Shown here piece after piece: positions 52,938 through 64,000 of a DNA stretch of 64,000 nt. The notes beneath the pieces were generated by a model. The model saw only the letters and a list, made by a program, of their open reading frames with translations. It did no database searches and had not been told where the DNA came from. The first letter of the stretch is position 1. Each line of letters opens with the position of its first letter. The position numbers and the translations under genes are program-made. Origin of the DNA: Chara braunii (taxonomy: Eukaryota > Plantae > Charophyceae); NCBI GenBank assembly GCA_003427395.1, contig BFEA01000036.1:682610-746609 (forward strand). The letters are read 5' to 3'.

Positions 52938-55358
52938 GGGCAGCAGCGATGTTCCTTCTAGTGGTGGTGTGAATGTGCTGTCCGGTTTTCACGGCACCAA
53001 CGACAATTTTGAGAAGTGTCGTCAAGAGGGGGTGTATTTTGAGGCGGTGTTGACATTGTGTTGTCCACATATTACAGCAACGACGCCTCGACACGGTGGT
53101 GGCGTGGTGGTACGGGTAGCCAGTGNTGACAGCGCTGAGGCACTGAGGGGATTNCGTNNCANTGGGCGATCCTTGAGGGAGTGGTGTGGATNACTTTTNT
53201 GACAGTCTACTGCGGTGATCTTCTNAGTTGGAGTGTGGTTTATACGNCTTTCTTGAGTGGGNCGTTTGCTATCTTTGGTTCAGCTTCANTCAAGGTCAGT
53301 NAGCCTGACTCAGTCCTCTTCACACCNGTGTGAACCCACACTTGCTTGACCCTGTTCTTTGAATGTTCACTGAAAAGGTAGANGAAGNTGTGTTTTGTTC
53401 GCACGTGTGAATGAAAGTCTGACATGAGTTTGNGACTGCATTGTTNTCNTTTGAACTTGTTGTTTGATCTGATGTGCAGGTNAGTAGTAGAAGGATNCTT
53501 GAAAAATGAAGATTATATCATGTCAGCGAAAGAGAATGGGATAATGATTGTTTTCTATTTTTGCTTGCATGCATGTTGAGAGGATGAGAAGACAGCAGAC
53601 GACGAGAAACGGAGCGATCACACAAAGGGGAAGAAGTGAANTGGACATAGATTTTTCCCTTGGGTTGCCCATTCTTTCCTGAATGACCCTCCTCGTCTAT
53701 GCCCTTCCATCTGAATGTTTTTCTTCTCTATGATCCCTTTCTTCGTCTAGGTTCGCCCTCGACGTTAGGCGATGAAGGGCTGACCGTTCGCTGTGGTAAG
53801 TGCATTTCCTTTCCCTAGGAGGCATCTGAGGCAGGGGTTCGTTGCCTTAGGGGCCGACCCTGTTAACAACTCGGAGTGGACCGCTTGGGCGGGGGGATAC
53901 CATGCTGTCGTGGTAGAGCCAACCCCACTTCTGAGATCCGGGGTTCGCTCGGGCAAGGACGAGGGATATCCCAGACCACCTCCTAGCGGATGGACGTGCG
54001 CTATTCACAGAAGGCGTTAAGTTCTTTACGACTCACGTTAAGAAGAACCGCTATAGTTTACCCTTCTAGTGGCCGTCTTAGGAGCCACAGATAAGTGAGG
54101 AGCTGCCGCCATAGGAAGCCCAGTTCGTGCGATCACTGGCTATGGACGGAGTGCGACTAGGCACTACCTTCGCGGATAGGGTTGCACCATAAGAAGTGCA
54201 AGCCTGGGACGATCAGACCAGTTGACGGAAAAAATGTAACTAAAGCATTGCCTTGAATATCTTTATATCGCAGACTGGTAGTTCATCATCCGTGAGACAG
54301 AAAAAGTAATCATTGCTCAGGAGGACGAAGCGACAAACAAAATTTGAAAATGGATCATTGACCTTAATGAGTCAGTCAACGTTCGGCCGTTCAAGTCGAG
54401 TACTGACTCGTATAGTGGTAGCCGGACTACTTGCAAATGACATTCACACCAAAGTTGGAAAGGTAGTGATGTCATCGCGAGAACAGTGTGATCCTAGCTC
54501 TACTTGAGGGTTGGGATATCCGCATTTCCATGCTTGCAGTCAGCATGCGGTGGAATGAAAGAACTCGGCAACGCATCTCATCGAGTCGGAAAAAGTCGTG
54601 ACAGTCCAACCGTCTGACAAGTAGAGTGTAGATACTTTAGTCGGATGTCATTTGAGCTTCGCATCGTGTATAAGTCATGCTTTGTCCTTTTGTTGATAAA
54701 TGAGGTCCGAAGGCGAGTCAACTCATGTGTCCCGTCGTTGGATGAAAGTCAAATCAACCCTTGTCAAATTGATCGGGGCGAGTGGTATGCATGGCTGTAT
54801 TATATACAAGTTGATCTCAGAATATATGTCAACTTACGTTGACCTGAGTCTTCTGTTGATGTTTAACTTTAGATTGTCTTTGGAAGAAGGGACTAGGATT
54901 GATTGAGGTTTTCTTACGCTTGGAATATCACGTCCTATTCGACCGACGTCGTTCCGATTCCTGGGAGATCAGCGCCTCAGGGACGAGCGGCGTTCGGGTC
55001 CACTTGGCGTTTAATCATGCGTACCTATGCTACAGCGAATGAGCAAACGCCCTCGGCCGGCCTACCTCTGCAATTGCATTATAAAAACTTTCGCATGTGG
55101 GTCAGTAGCTCGGTAGGGATACGCCCCCAAGGGTGGTGACAGCCCCTTAGGGAAGGTAAGTTGTGCCCCGCGAGAACCTGTCCTGTCGTAGGGGACCGCA
55201 GGATGTATAGCTGGCGCACTCGGCCGGAGCGGCGAAGGGTTGACGAGGGTTGCCGTGTCGTTTCTGAGTTGTCTCTAAAAAGTTAAAAGCCTAAGTTTCT
55301 CCTGCGTGACGCGGCCGGAAGGACCCTCGCCCGCGCGGGGGCCGATGCGCTCGACAGG

Positions 55359-55377
55359 TGGCGCCGTTGCCGGGGAT
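55359..55377 (+). promoter_or_regulatory. Primer binding site complementary to the tRNA-Asp(GUC) 3' end
   Basis: TGGCGCCGTTGCCGGGGAT is the reverse complement of ATCCCCGGCAACGGCGCCA, the same PBS type as plant Athila elements. Confidence 0.92.
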
Positions 55378-55565
55378 AACGACAAACTACCGTTGTCCCT
55401 GGTGGAACGACACTCGGGAATGGAGCAAGTAAAATATCATGTCGTAATGGTTGTCTAAGACAAAAGGTTAGTAATCTTTGAACCTCTATAAGTGTAAGGA
55501 AGGAACCTTAATAGATGCTACCAAACTCCTAGACTGATTTCTTGGGTTTATGTTTTGGTCCCTAG

Positions 55566-58382
55566 ATGGCCGGTGCCGCAGGATGTCGCAACAACGACGA
55601 CGATGGGAGGAATGGCATTCAAGAACTGGCACGGGTCATCCGGCAGTCGCAGCGAGAGCCCTACCCTAAGATTGATGTTCCGTTGTTCGACGGGAATCAT
55701 GCCTCTTCTTGGGCAGACAAGTTCGAGCAATTGGGATATAGCAACGAATGGACAGATGAGAAGATGCTTCGCATCGTTAAAAGATACTGTCAGGTGGGGT
55801 ACCGAGACGAGATCGATGAGCTGGTGCGAATCTCTCATGATTGGTTAGATTTTAAGGTGCCGTTGTTGGGGAAGTACCAGCTCAGCGACCGGTTGCTCGA
55901 CCAGCAAGATTTGAGGGCAGTGGATCGTAAAAATTTTGGTACTACCAAACAATTTTTATCGGAATTTGAGCGTGTGGCTCGCCTAATCCCGGATCTGTCC
56001 GACAAAGATCGCTGCCTTATTTTCCTTGATAACTTCAACGACGTCGAACAGTCGAAATTGGTTGAAGGGATGCAAGGGAGGTATGACTGGACTAAGGTCC
56101 GACAAAATGCGCTGGTGGGGAAGTTCGACGATATCCTCTACCGGCTGTTGAGGCAACAAAAGGAGGAACGGAAAAAGGTGAAGCTGGGAGAGGTGAAGGA
56201 CGGTTAGATTTACAAAACTTTGACCTACATGAGAAAAATGATAGAGGGCATGAAGGAGGAAAGGCTGAAGTTTCAAGTCATGTTGGCCAAAGAGAAAAAT
56301 AGTAAGAGGAAGGGGAAAGAGTCGGCGGAAGAAGAAAGCGACAGTGAGAGCGAGGAGGAAAAGGAGCCGCCTCGCAAGTTAACAAAGGCGGAGAGGAAGG
56401 TCTTGAATCAAATTCGAGGCGGACAGGGGACCTCTCGTAAACAGGGGAAGAAATGCGGACAAAATAATCAAGGAGGGAATGGCGGTGCTGGCGGTGATTC
56501 GTCAGGACAAAGTTCCCAAGATCAAGAGCAATTTCAGCCGCAGGGTGGAAGAGGCCGCGGTCGAGGCCGTGGGAACGGACAACGAAACCGTTAGGCGTGG
56601 CAGCAGGAAGCCACTTGTAACTATTGCGCAGAAAAGGGACATATTATGAGATTTTTCCAACTCCTTTCAAGAGATGAGAAGGAAGGAATTGTCTTCACCA
56701 CGATATGAGGTGAAGTCTTTGATTACGAAGGGAACCTGATCAACCCCAAAATTGAAGGGGGTATGAGGAAGGAGGCATTTCGCTGTATGGATCGTCCTCT
56801 GTCGGCGACGTTCCAGATTGCTTCTCCTGAAGAAGTGCGGTTGGCCGGGGTCGAGGAGACCATGGCGTCGTTACATGTTGGCGACTCGTCGGCGGAACCA
56901 GGAGGGTTTAGGGAACAAGTGGTGGAACGAGCGCAAACCATCACGAGGCGGCTTGCCCGATGCCGGGACTCTATCATTCGACTTTCCGTGGACATGGAGG
57001 AAGTCTGGCCTGGATTGCCGAATGTCTTTCGCTTCGGCGAATGGGGTGATAAAAGGGAAGATACGTCTGGCCAAGCAGGGACGTCTGCTCCGAGAGAAGC
57101 ATCGCAAACTGGGCCAATGGTAAGCACGATGCGACCTAGGCCTGTGCTCAAGAGGAGTGCTCCGACCGTAGCCGTTCAGACTCGGATGCGGTGATGAAAT
57201 GAGCAGCTTCAGAAGGAAAGAGAGTCTGGAAAGGTAGTGGAAGAAGAGCCTATCCCCGTTAGTGAGAACGATGAGGATAATGAGGATGAGAAGTTGCGGG
57301 CCGAAGAAGAAGAACGGGTTCGTCGTCGTGCACTGGAAAGGGAGCCAGAGAAAGGGAAGGCCGAAGCAAGCGAGGAGGAGTCACGAAAGAATAAGAACGT
57401 TTATTCGATCCCCGTGGAGCAGGGGGTCGATATCGAGCAACTCATCAATAAGATTCTGGAAAGTCAGCGCGACTTGGTCACGCTGAAGGAAATTTTGGCG
57501 GTATCGCCGAAGATTCGAGAGGAGTTTAAGCAGCGGATGACTCGCAAGAGAGTCATGACTGTTAAGCTCGGCGAAGTCATTCCGCCGGAAGCTAACTGGT
57601 CCCCGCCTGGGACGAAGATGGCATGGCGAAGTGTATCAACCGGCCATATGAAGGTCCAGATTGGACAGCAGGAGTACTCGGCACTTGTGGATGATGGAGC
57701 TGAGATGAATATCATTCGTGGGCGTCATACCATTGAAGCTGGGTTGAAGATCAACAGAGATGACTATGGGTTTTTGGTGGGTGCTAGCGGATCGACCCCA
57801 TTCTGCGAGACAGTCGGTGGCGTTCTCGTCACAGTCGGGAAGGTCAAAGTCCGCTCTTATTTCTACGTGTTACCTAGAGTGGAACACGAGGTGCTTCTGG
57901 GAAGGGCGTTTCTATATCCGTCGGAAAGCATCATCATTAACAAGCATGATGGAACCATGTTTGTAATTCTTTGCGATCCTGTCTATGGTTATTACGAAGT
58001 GGTCAAGTGTGCGAACACTGAACCCCATTGCTCGCGGAACCGGTTGAACCCGGAATCCTATACCTTTCCGGAGTCAGAGAAGTTGAGAAGGGAGAAGGAA
58101 TCACTAGGGGAGGAGCCGAATCCTCGTGAGTTCTCGCTGACCCTGCCTGATATTGGGCAGGCAATCGATTTCGTGTCGACACATGCGGCGATTGATCCAA
58201 ATGTGGTGCAAGCCTTGACGAAGATCATCACGGACACCAGAAGCGCAGGAACTATGCGCCTTGTTTACTCCCTGTTGGAGGGGAATAAGGGAGAAGATCA
58301 GGAATTGTCCTCCACTCGACAGGGTCCTTCTTTAGAGGACGCAGGCTTGACACCGACGCCAAACGTAAGTACAAGAAAGTAG
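55566..58382 (+). pseudogene. gag-pro: gag-protease of element B
   Basis: ORFs 55566, 56220, 56763 and 57237 share a frame. PLFDG capsid motif, CNYCAEKGH knuckle remnant at ~56615, ALVDDGAEMNII protease. Confidence 0.92.
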
Positions 58383-61300
58383 GCGTGAAGGCGAAGCCGG
58401 TACCTGTTCTGATCACTCACGAGGAGGAAGTCTATTATCGTGAGGAGCGTGAGTGGATTAGAGAAATGAAAGAGAGAGGTGAAAAAGGGCCTTGTCAGTT
58501 AACCAAAGAAAGAGTGGAAAGTATGATTATTGGGGAGGAGGACCTCCTTACTGAGCAGGAAAAAGGGTATATCATCGATATATTAAGGGAGGAACATCTC
58601 TCCTATGCGTTTGATGATGATGAGCGAGGAAGGCTGGATGTCGATAAAATCCCGATGATCAGAGTTCATACTATACCACACGAGCCATAGAATGTAAAAG
58701 GGCCACGTTATCCGAATCCGGAGGATCACCGCTAGGTGGTCGCGTATCTCGATGGAAAGATCCGGACAAAGGTTGCAGATTATTCTTATGGGCCATATGC
58801 ATCTCCATGGTTCTGTTTCCTCAAACCGAATGGTACTCTGCGATAGATTCAGGACCTTTAGAAGCAAAATTCGGTGACAGTGCGAGATGCACGTGGACTT
58901 CCACATGCAGACCTACTATCGGAGTCTTGTGAAAGGGGGTCTATCATCACCCTCATTGATTTATATTCCGGGTATGATCAATTTTCCATTTACACTGCGG
59001 ATCGGCCCAAAATGGCGATGCATAGTCCTCATGGATTGATCCATATGTGTGTGGCGCCGCAGGGGTAGACGAATGCAGTTGCCATTGTTCAGAGATATAT
59101 GATGAGGGTAATGCAACCTTATTGTCCTGACATAACTTCGCCGTACATTGACGACTTGGCTATTCGAGAGCCTCGAACAAAAGACCTGACGGAGGTGTTG
59201 CGGGGCATTCGCCGCTTTGTATGGGAGCACATCAATGATGTGGTGAAAATCCTTAAGAGATTGAAGGAGTTTAATCTCACAGCTAGTGGGATTAAGTCTC
59301 GACATTGTATGAAGAGAGCAATGATCTTGGGATTCCTTTGCGACGAGAAAGGTCGCTGGCCGGATGCGAAGAAGACTAATAAGATCTTGGAATGACCGAC
59401 CCCTTTCAAGTCGATCACAGACGTGCGAAGTTTCATCGGAACCTGTGGATTTTGACGCATCTTTATCCGCAGGCTTGCCGCCAGAGTGGAGCGCTTGCGA
59501 AAGCTTGTGCGCAAAGGTCAGAAGTGGGAATGGGGTCCGAAGCAACAAGAGGCCGTGGAGGATATAGAGGCTGAGTTTCGTGAGGGCGGATTGATCCTTG
59601 AAGTTCCCTTTTTCGATGATGATGAGAAACGTCCTTTTGTTATTGAGACCGATGCGGGGCCCACAACCCTAGGAGGGGTCTTAGTTCAGAAGGACGCTGA
59701 GGGGCAGGAAATGCCTCTCAGATTTGAAAGCAGGACTCTGAATGTTGTTGAGAGGAACTATTCCCAGTTCAAAAAGGAAACTTTGACCGTGCTTCACTGC
59801 TTCCGCATCTTTCGGAATTATGTGTTTGGGGGACGCTTCATCATGCGGGTAGATCCAACTCCTTCGGCTCAATCCTTAAGGACTTATTCACCTGTTGATC
59901 CCACCATTGCACGATGGTTGACTTATATTTGGATGTTCGACTTTGGAATCGAACGGTTTTCGGGGAGTCAGAATCGCGTTGATGGGCTAAGTCGGGTTGA
60001 ATGGGATCCGGAATCGGATCAGGCAGAAGAATCAGTTCCGGTCGATGCCTTTCTGAAGGAAGAGGAGTCGAGATTGAGTATTAACACTCTTGCCTACCTG
60101 ACTGATGCAGCCACTTGGCATGGGAAATCGATATGGAATGCTCCTACCTTTCACGAGGTACGTCCAGAACTCGTGGTGGAGGAACCTTTCATTGAGGAGG
60201 ATCCATGGGGTGAGCAGACCGCAGAGGAAATGATGAGGCTAGCTTTGACCGATGACATCGACCTTATGCTTGATCCGCTAACAATTGAACAAGGTCATAC
60301 GCAGGCTGACAACGCTTTCGAGACCGTTGGAATGATGTCGTATATCATGAACTTGTTGGTTCATGAGGATCGCCTGAGGTTAATGAATGCGGAAGAAGGA
60401 AGCAGTGAGGTCAAAGAAGCGTTTAAGGAAAAGGAGTACGAGGGGGAGTATAAGGAGATAGGCATGTGGTTGAATGGGGAATTGGACGAAAGCGAGGTTG
60501 ATCCGGTTGTGCGGGAAAAGAGCAAAGGATTTGTTGTTCGTGATGGTCATATCTTTAAGAAAGATGCCGATTGTGTCCCCAAGAGGGTGGTATGCGGAAC
60601 CTTTCGACAGTTGGATGTGATCGCTGCCTTGCATGATGGGGTAGCCGGCGGGCACAGGTCTGCGCGGGTAACTCTGAACAAGATCCAACGTCTCTATTTC
60701 TGGGAAGGGATAAGCAAGATGGTGATTGACTTTTGTAAATCTTGTTTCCCTTGTCAACAGAGGTCTAATATCCGCTACCTTGAGCCCCTAAATCCACGTT
60801 ATGTGGCAGAACCAGGTGCGGTGGTGCATTTGGATCTTCTGGTAATGCCACCTGGTATAAATGGCTATAGGTATATCTTTGATGCACGAGACAATTTGAC
60901 TGGGTTCGTTGATGGTCGTGCCATTCGCGAGCGTACTGGGTCAGTCTTGGCGGAGTGCATTGAGGAATATTACTTCCGTTATCCATTTATTCAACAGATT
61001 GTTATGGATTGAGGAGGCGAGTTTCGAGCAAAGAAGGTGCAAACGCTTTTGAAGCGACTTGGGGTAAGTTTCAGTTATACGACGAGAGCGCATCCCCAGG
61101 CCAATGCACCCGTGGAACGAGGACATGCCACCTTGTCTAACTTGTTGGCGAAATGGTGCAAGCGGGAACCATCAAGATGACCAATTTATTTGAGGGCAAC
61201 CTTTTTCGTTGAGAATGTTACCATCAAGCGAACAACCAGGTACGCTCCCGTCACATTATGGTTTGGATGACATGCGACTTTTCCAATTGAAAGTTTTCTG

Positions 61301-61684
61301 ACCACTTGGCAAAAACAAGACGTGGAAACGAAACTCTCGACAGAAGAGTTGTTGCAATTGAGGGCAAGACAGATCATGGTAACTGAAAAGCGGATTGAGG
61401 ATGCGGCTCTCTCTACTTCCGAAAGCAGACAGGCTGACAAGGAAAAATGGAACAAGAGGCCACGTGTACGAAAAGAGCCGTTGAAAGTTGGAGACATCGT
61501 CTTGTTGTATGATATGTCGTTAGAAAAACAGTGGTCCAGAAAACTAGACAGTCGGTGGTTAGGGCCATATCGGATGACTAGGAAGACAGAACATGGGGCA
61601 TATGAAATAGAGGAGTTTGATGGATCTCGGAGTAGGAATTGGGTATCAGGTGCACATCTACGGAAGTTTATCCCAAGAGTTTAG
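58331..61684 (+). pseudogene. pol: pol of element B (RT, RNase H, integrase)
   Basis: ORFs 58385, 58874, 59099, 59486 and 61322 share a frame. PYIDD, IETDA, LHDGVAGGH..CFPC, WLGPY. Colinear with A pol. Confidence 0.95.
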
Positions 61685-62829
61685 TGAAAACTTTTAGAAA
61701 GGAAAGGGAGGTGAGGTAATTGGTGGCATCAATTTTGGTAACTTTCTTGCTTTCGTATTGTGGTCCAGTTGGTTCTGACTTTTGTCTTAGGCTAGCGAAG
61801 GGAATTATAAACTACTGATAAAAATAGTGAGATTGAAAGGTTATCAATGGGATTGTGATTCCTGTTGTTTTGTAATAATGGATTTGTGCCTTAGTGCCAC
61901 AGACAATTATAAGATGACTATGATATTTTTCTCACAATTGTCTCTATGCATAAGAGGTATTGCATACTGGTTGTAAAGTAAAAGAGTGATACCAAAGGAC
62001 TTTGTGATATTTTTATCATGATTGGATGTTCATTGCAAGAAGAATCTTGTGAAATAGCAGATGAATGTTTATATTGTTAAAGTATTCATCACATATGTGA
62101 ACGACTGAAAAGCCTGGAATTCCTATGAAACTCCGTGTATGTGGTTATGAATGTGAGATTTCTGTGAGTGCATGTCTAAGGAGATGATGTGTACTTGAAT
62201 CATATGCCTGGCCAGATTAACACATGTTATTCGTCGGACATGTGATTCAATTGCTTGCCATGCCTTATGACTTGGTATTGTTTCGACTGTCATGCAATGA
62301 GGAATCCTAATGTTATGAGCCCCGTAGACGGTGGTGAGGCATGCGTCGGAACTTTGTTACTGGTCCATAGCGGGATGTTGTCATCTCTCCTTTCGAGGAA
62401 AATGACCACACTATCGTCGAAAGGGAGGAAGGTGGTAATATGTTTGTTGGAACCTTGCTGGAGAGGGTGGCGATTACTGCTCGCCATGAGAAAAAGATTG
62501 ATCACCTTTTGTTTTGTGGCGAATGGGGTCGCCTCAACTTTATGGTCGGGTCTGATCAGCTTAGGTCATAAGGGAGGGGTAGTTCAAGCTTGCAAGTAGG
62601 GTACTAACAAATGTATGACACTGGAATCGGAGGGAAAGTGGTGAGGCTCAAGTCTAAAGCGGGGCTTGACGTCGAGATGTTATTCTCTATGGATTACACC
62701 ACTCCTCGGCGCATTCACAATACATGTGGGAGATAAATCGTGCATGACAATTAAGTTGGAGTGGGAATTAGCCGGACTGGACAAGGACTTTTGAAGAGGG
62801 TGATTTCTCTCTGGGATGGTGCCGCCACA

Positions 62830-62967
62830 TGCTGTAGTATAGTGTGAGTACCCTTGTGTTTAGTGGGGAGCCCGGGTTAAAACTCCTGGTAGCGAGAGAC
62901 GTGCTGAGGTGTTAGGAATGCACCCCCACGAACATGGGAGGCCCAGGTTAAATTCCTGGCAGTATGT
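62830..62967 (+). ncRNA. Two tandem tRNA-like cloverleafs in 3' UTR of element B
   Basis: 62830-62894 resembles tRNA-Asp (TGTAGTATAGTG-TGAGTA..CCCGGGTT). 62899-62967 has ACGTGCTG/CAGTATGT, GGTG/CACC, CCCA/TGGG and CCAGG-TTAAATT-CCTGG. Confidence 0.7.
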
Positions 62968-62981
62968 GATGTATGACGAAA

Positions 62982-63062
62982 GACCCGCAGAGGGTTAAGC
63001 CTGACGAGACCTAGACAGGGGGTTATAGCCTGAAGAGAGTCCCATCAGGGGGATAAGCTTGA
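62982..63062 (+). other. Three tandem predicted H-type pseudoknots
   Basis: Stem 1 GACCC/GGGTT, GACCT/GGGTT, GTCCC/GGGAT; stem 2 CAG/CTG, CAGG/CCTG, TCAGG/CTTGA. Confidence 0.55.
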
Positions 63063-63498
63063 CCAATCTACGAGAGACAAAAAGAAAGATGAGTGGCCGT
63101 CAGTGAGATGATGCTGGGATCATTCTTCTAAAAGGCTCTTGTAACTCCTCAGGCTGGGTAACACCGGTGGTGGATTCCAGATTCCGGGGAAAGGCCTGTC
63201 AGAGGTTATTTCTGACCCCATTCCAACTCGTGACTGAATGAAAGTGCTTTCGAAGGAAGGTTCAAAAGAATTATTAAAGGCTTGAAAGTAAGCCCTTCTC
63301 GTTGACGGTAATGAAGTATGCACAGAGCATTTCATAAGAAGAGTATCCAGAAGGTTAGGCAAGGAAAGAAAGATGAACGACGGAAACATCGCTCATCACG
63401 TATAAGTATGCAAAATCTGGGTTAATTCCAGAGGTATTATGACTATGTAATATATTTGGTGAGGTCTTATAAAAACTTCCCTTTGTATTGCCTTATGG

Positions 63499-63537
63499 TA
63501 AGCGATGGGGACGTCGCTTAATGGGGGCGGGGAAGGC
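63499..63537 (+). promoter_or_regulatory. Pre-LTR hairpin and polypurine tract of element B
   Basis: TAAGCGATG-GGGA-CGTCGCTTA, then GGGGGCGGGGAAGGC abutting the LTR. Confidence 0.85.
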
Positions 63538-64000
63538 TGTCGGGACAGAAACCCTTACAAGGGTTTCTGCCTGGGTTTTTCAAGGTCAGACACTGCCCGA
63601 CCCTTGCTTGGATTGAAAGACTTGATGAGATTGACGTTGCCAAAGGTTATTCAGCCCAACCCAATAACTAAGAAACCTAAAGCCTGGCGTCGTTCACGCG
63701 TGACATCATTGACGTTCGTTCGAAACAGCGGGAGTCGGCAGTGCGGCCTGTCGTCCATGGTTTCCGATTGGGCCGCGGTGGTGCGCGGTCATGAAAAGAC
63801 TAAAGTTAGACCTATTTTACCCAAAAATAATGTCGCGCGGCTGCTATTCAGGGCCTAAGCGGGCTAAAAAGGAGTCGTTGCGACGAGGATGGGACGCAGC
63901 GTGAGGGACAGTTAGTTTTAGGGCCCGCATGACTTTTGCGCCAAGGATCGGGGGTGATGGCGTTGGGGCCGGCTGGGTCGGGTAGCCGTTAAGGCCGTCG
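63538..64000 (+). repeat. 3' LTR of element B (truncated by window)
   Basis: Direct repeat of 50519 onward. Confidence 0.97.

Larger units (their letters stand above)
50519..55356 (+). repeat. 5' LTR of element B (4838 bp)
   Basis: TGTCG...CGACA termini. First ~470 bp recur at 63538-64000 (about 20 substitutions and a 10-bp indel by eye). PBS follows after 2 nt. Confidence 0.92.
50519..64000 (+). mobile_element. Ty3/Gypsy LTR retrotransposon B, relative of A; 3' LTR runs out of window
   Basis: LTR-PBS-gag-pro-pol-PPT-LTR all visible. Confidence 0.96.

Noticed and set aside
58680-61280. Many Trp-to-stop changes as APOBEC-like hypermutation
   Set aside because: TGG, CAG and CGA are the codons expected to yield stops by ordinary transitions; a family consensus is needed to show strand bias.
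62975-63040. Hammerhead ribozyme (CTGACGAG / CTGAAGAG with nearby GAAA)
   Set aside because: Stems I-III and the UH cleavage site cannot be assembled; the pseudoknot reading fits better.

Overview
Repeat-only eukaryotic DNA with no intact host gene. The element repertoire and microsatellite style suggest a green plant or streptophyte alga such as Chara; this is inference only. The window is a nest of decayed transposons. (A) 1-22564: 3' part of a Ty3/Gypsy LTR retrotransposon with gag-pro, pol, an extra Gag-like ORF in the env position, and an apparent 13.4-kb 3' LTR. (C) 23495-30163: a chromodomain-bearing Ty3/Gypsy element containing a Nextera adapter assembly artefact. 32048-34585: a LINE fragment. 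35107-35770: an interrupted LTR related to A. About 36900-50518: a large Plavaka-type DNA transposon with a Ulp1 protease and two unknown genes. (B) 50519-64000: a nearly complete relative of A with a 4.8-kb LTR and a tRNA-Asp primer-binding site. The strongest signal comes from comparing the diverged elements A and B, which share non-coding RNA modules. These are tRNA-Asp-like cloverleafs with a TTAAA T-loop in the 3' UTR, a Pol III-type hairpin cassette in the LTR with a compensatory base change, and a -1 frameshift placed after protease. B alone also has three tandem H-type pseudoknots and a captured LSU rRNA fragment. All structures and alignments were done by eye and need computational confirmation.
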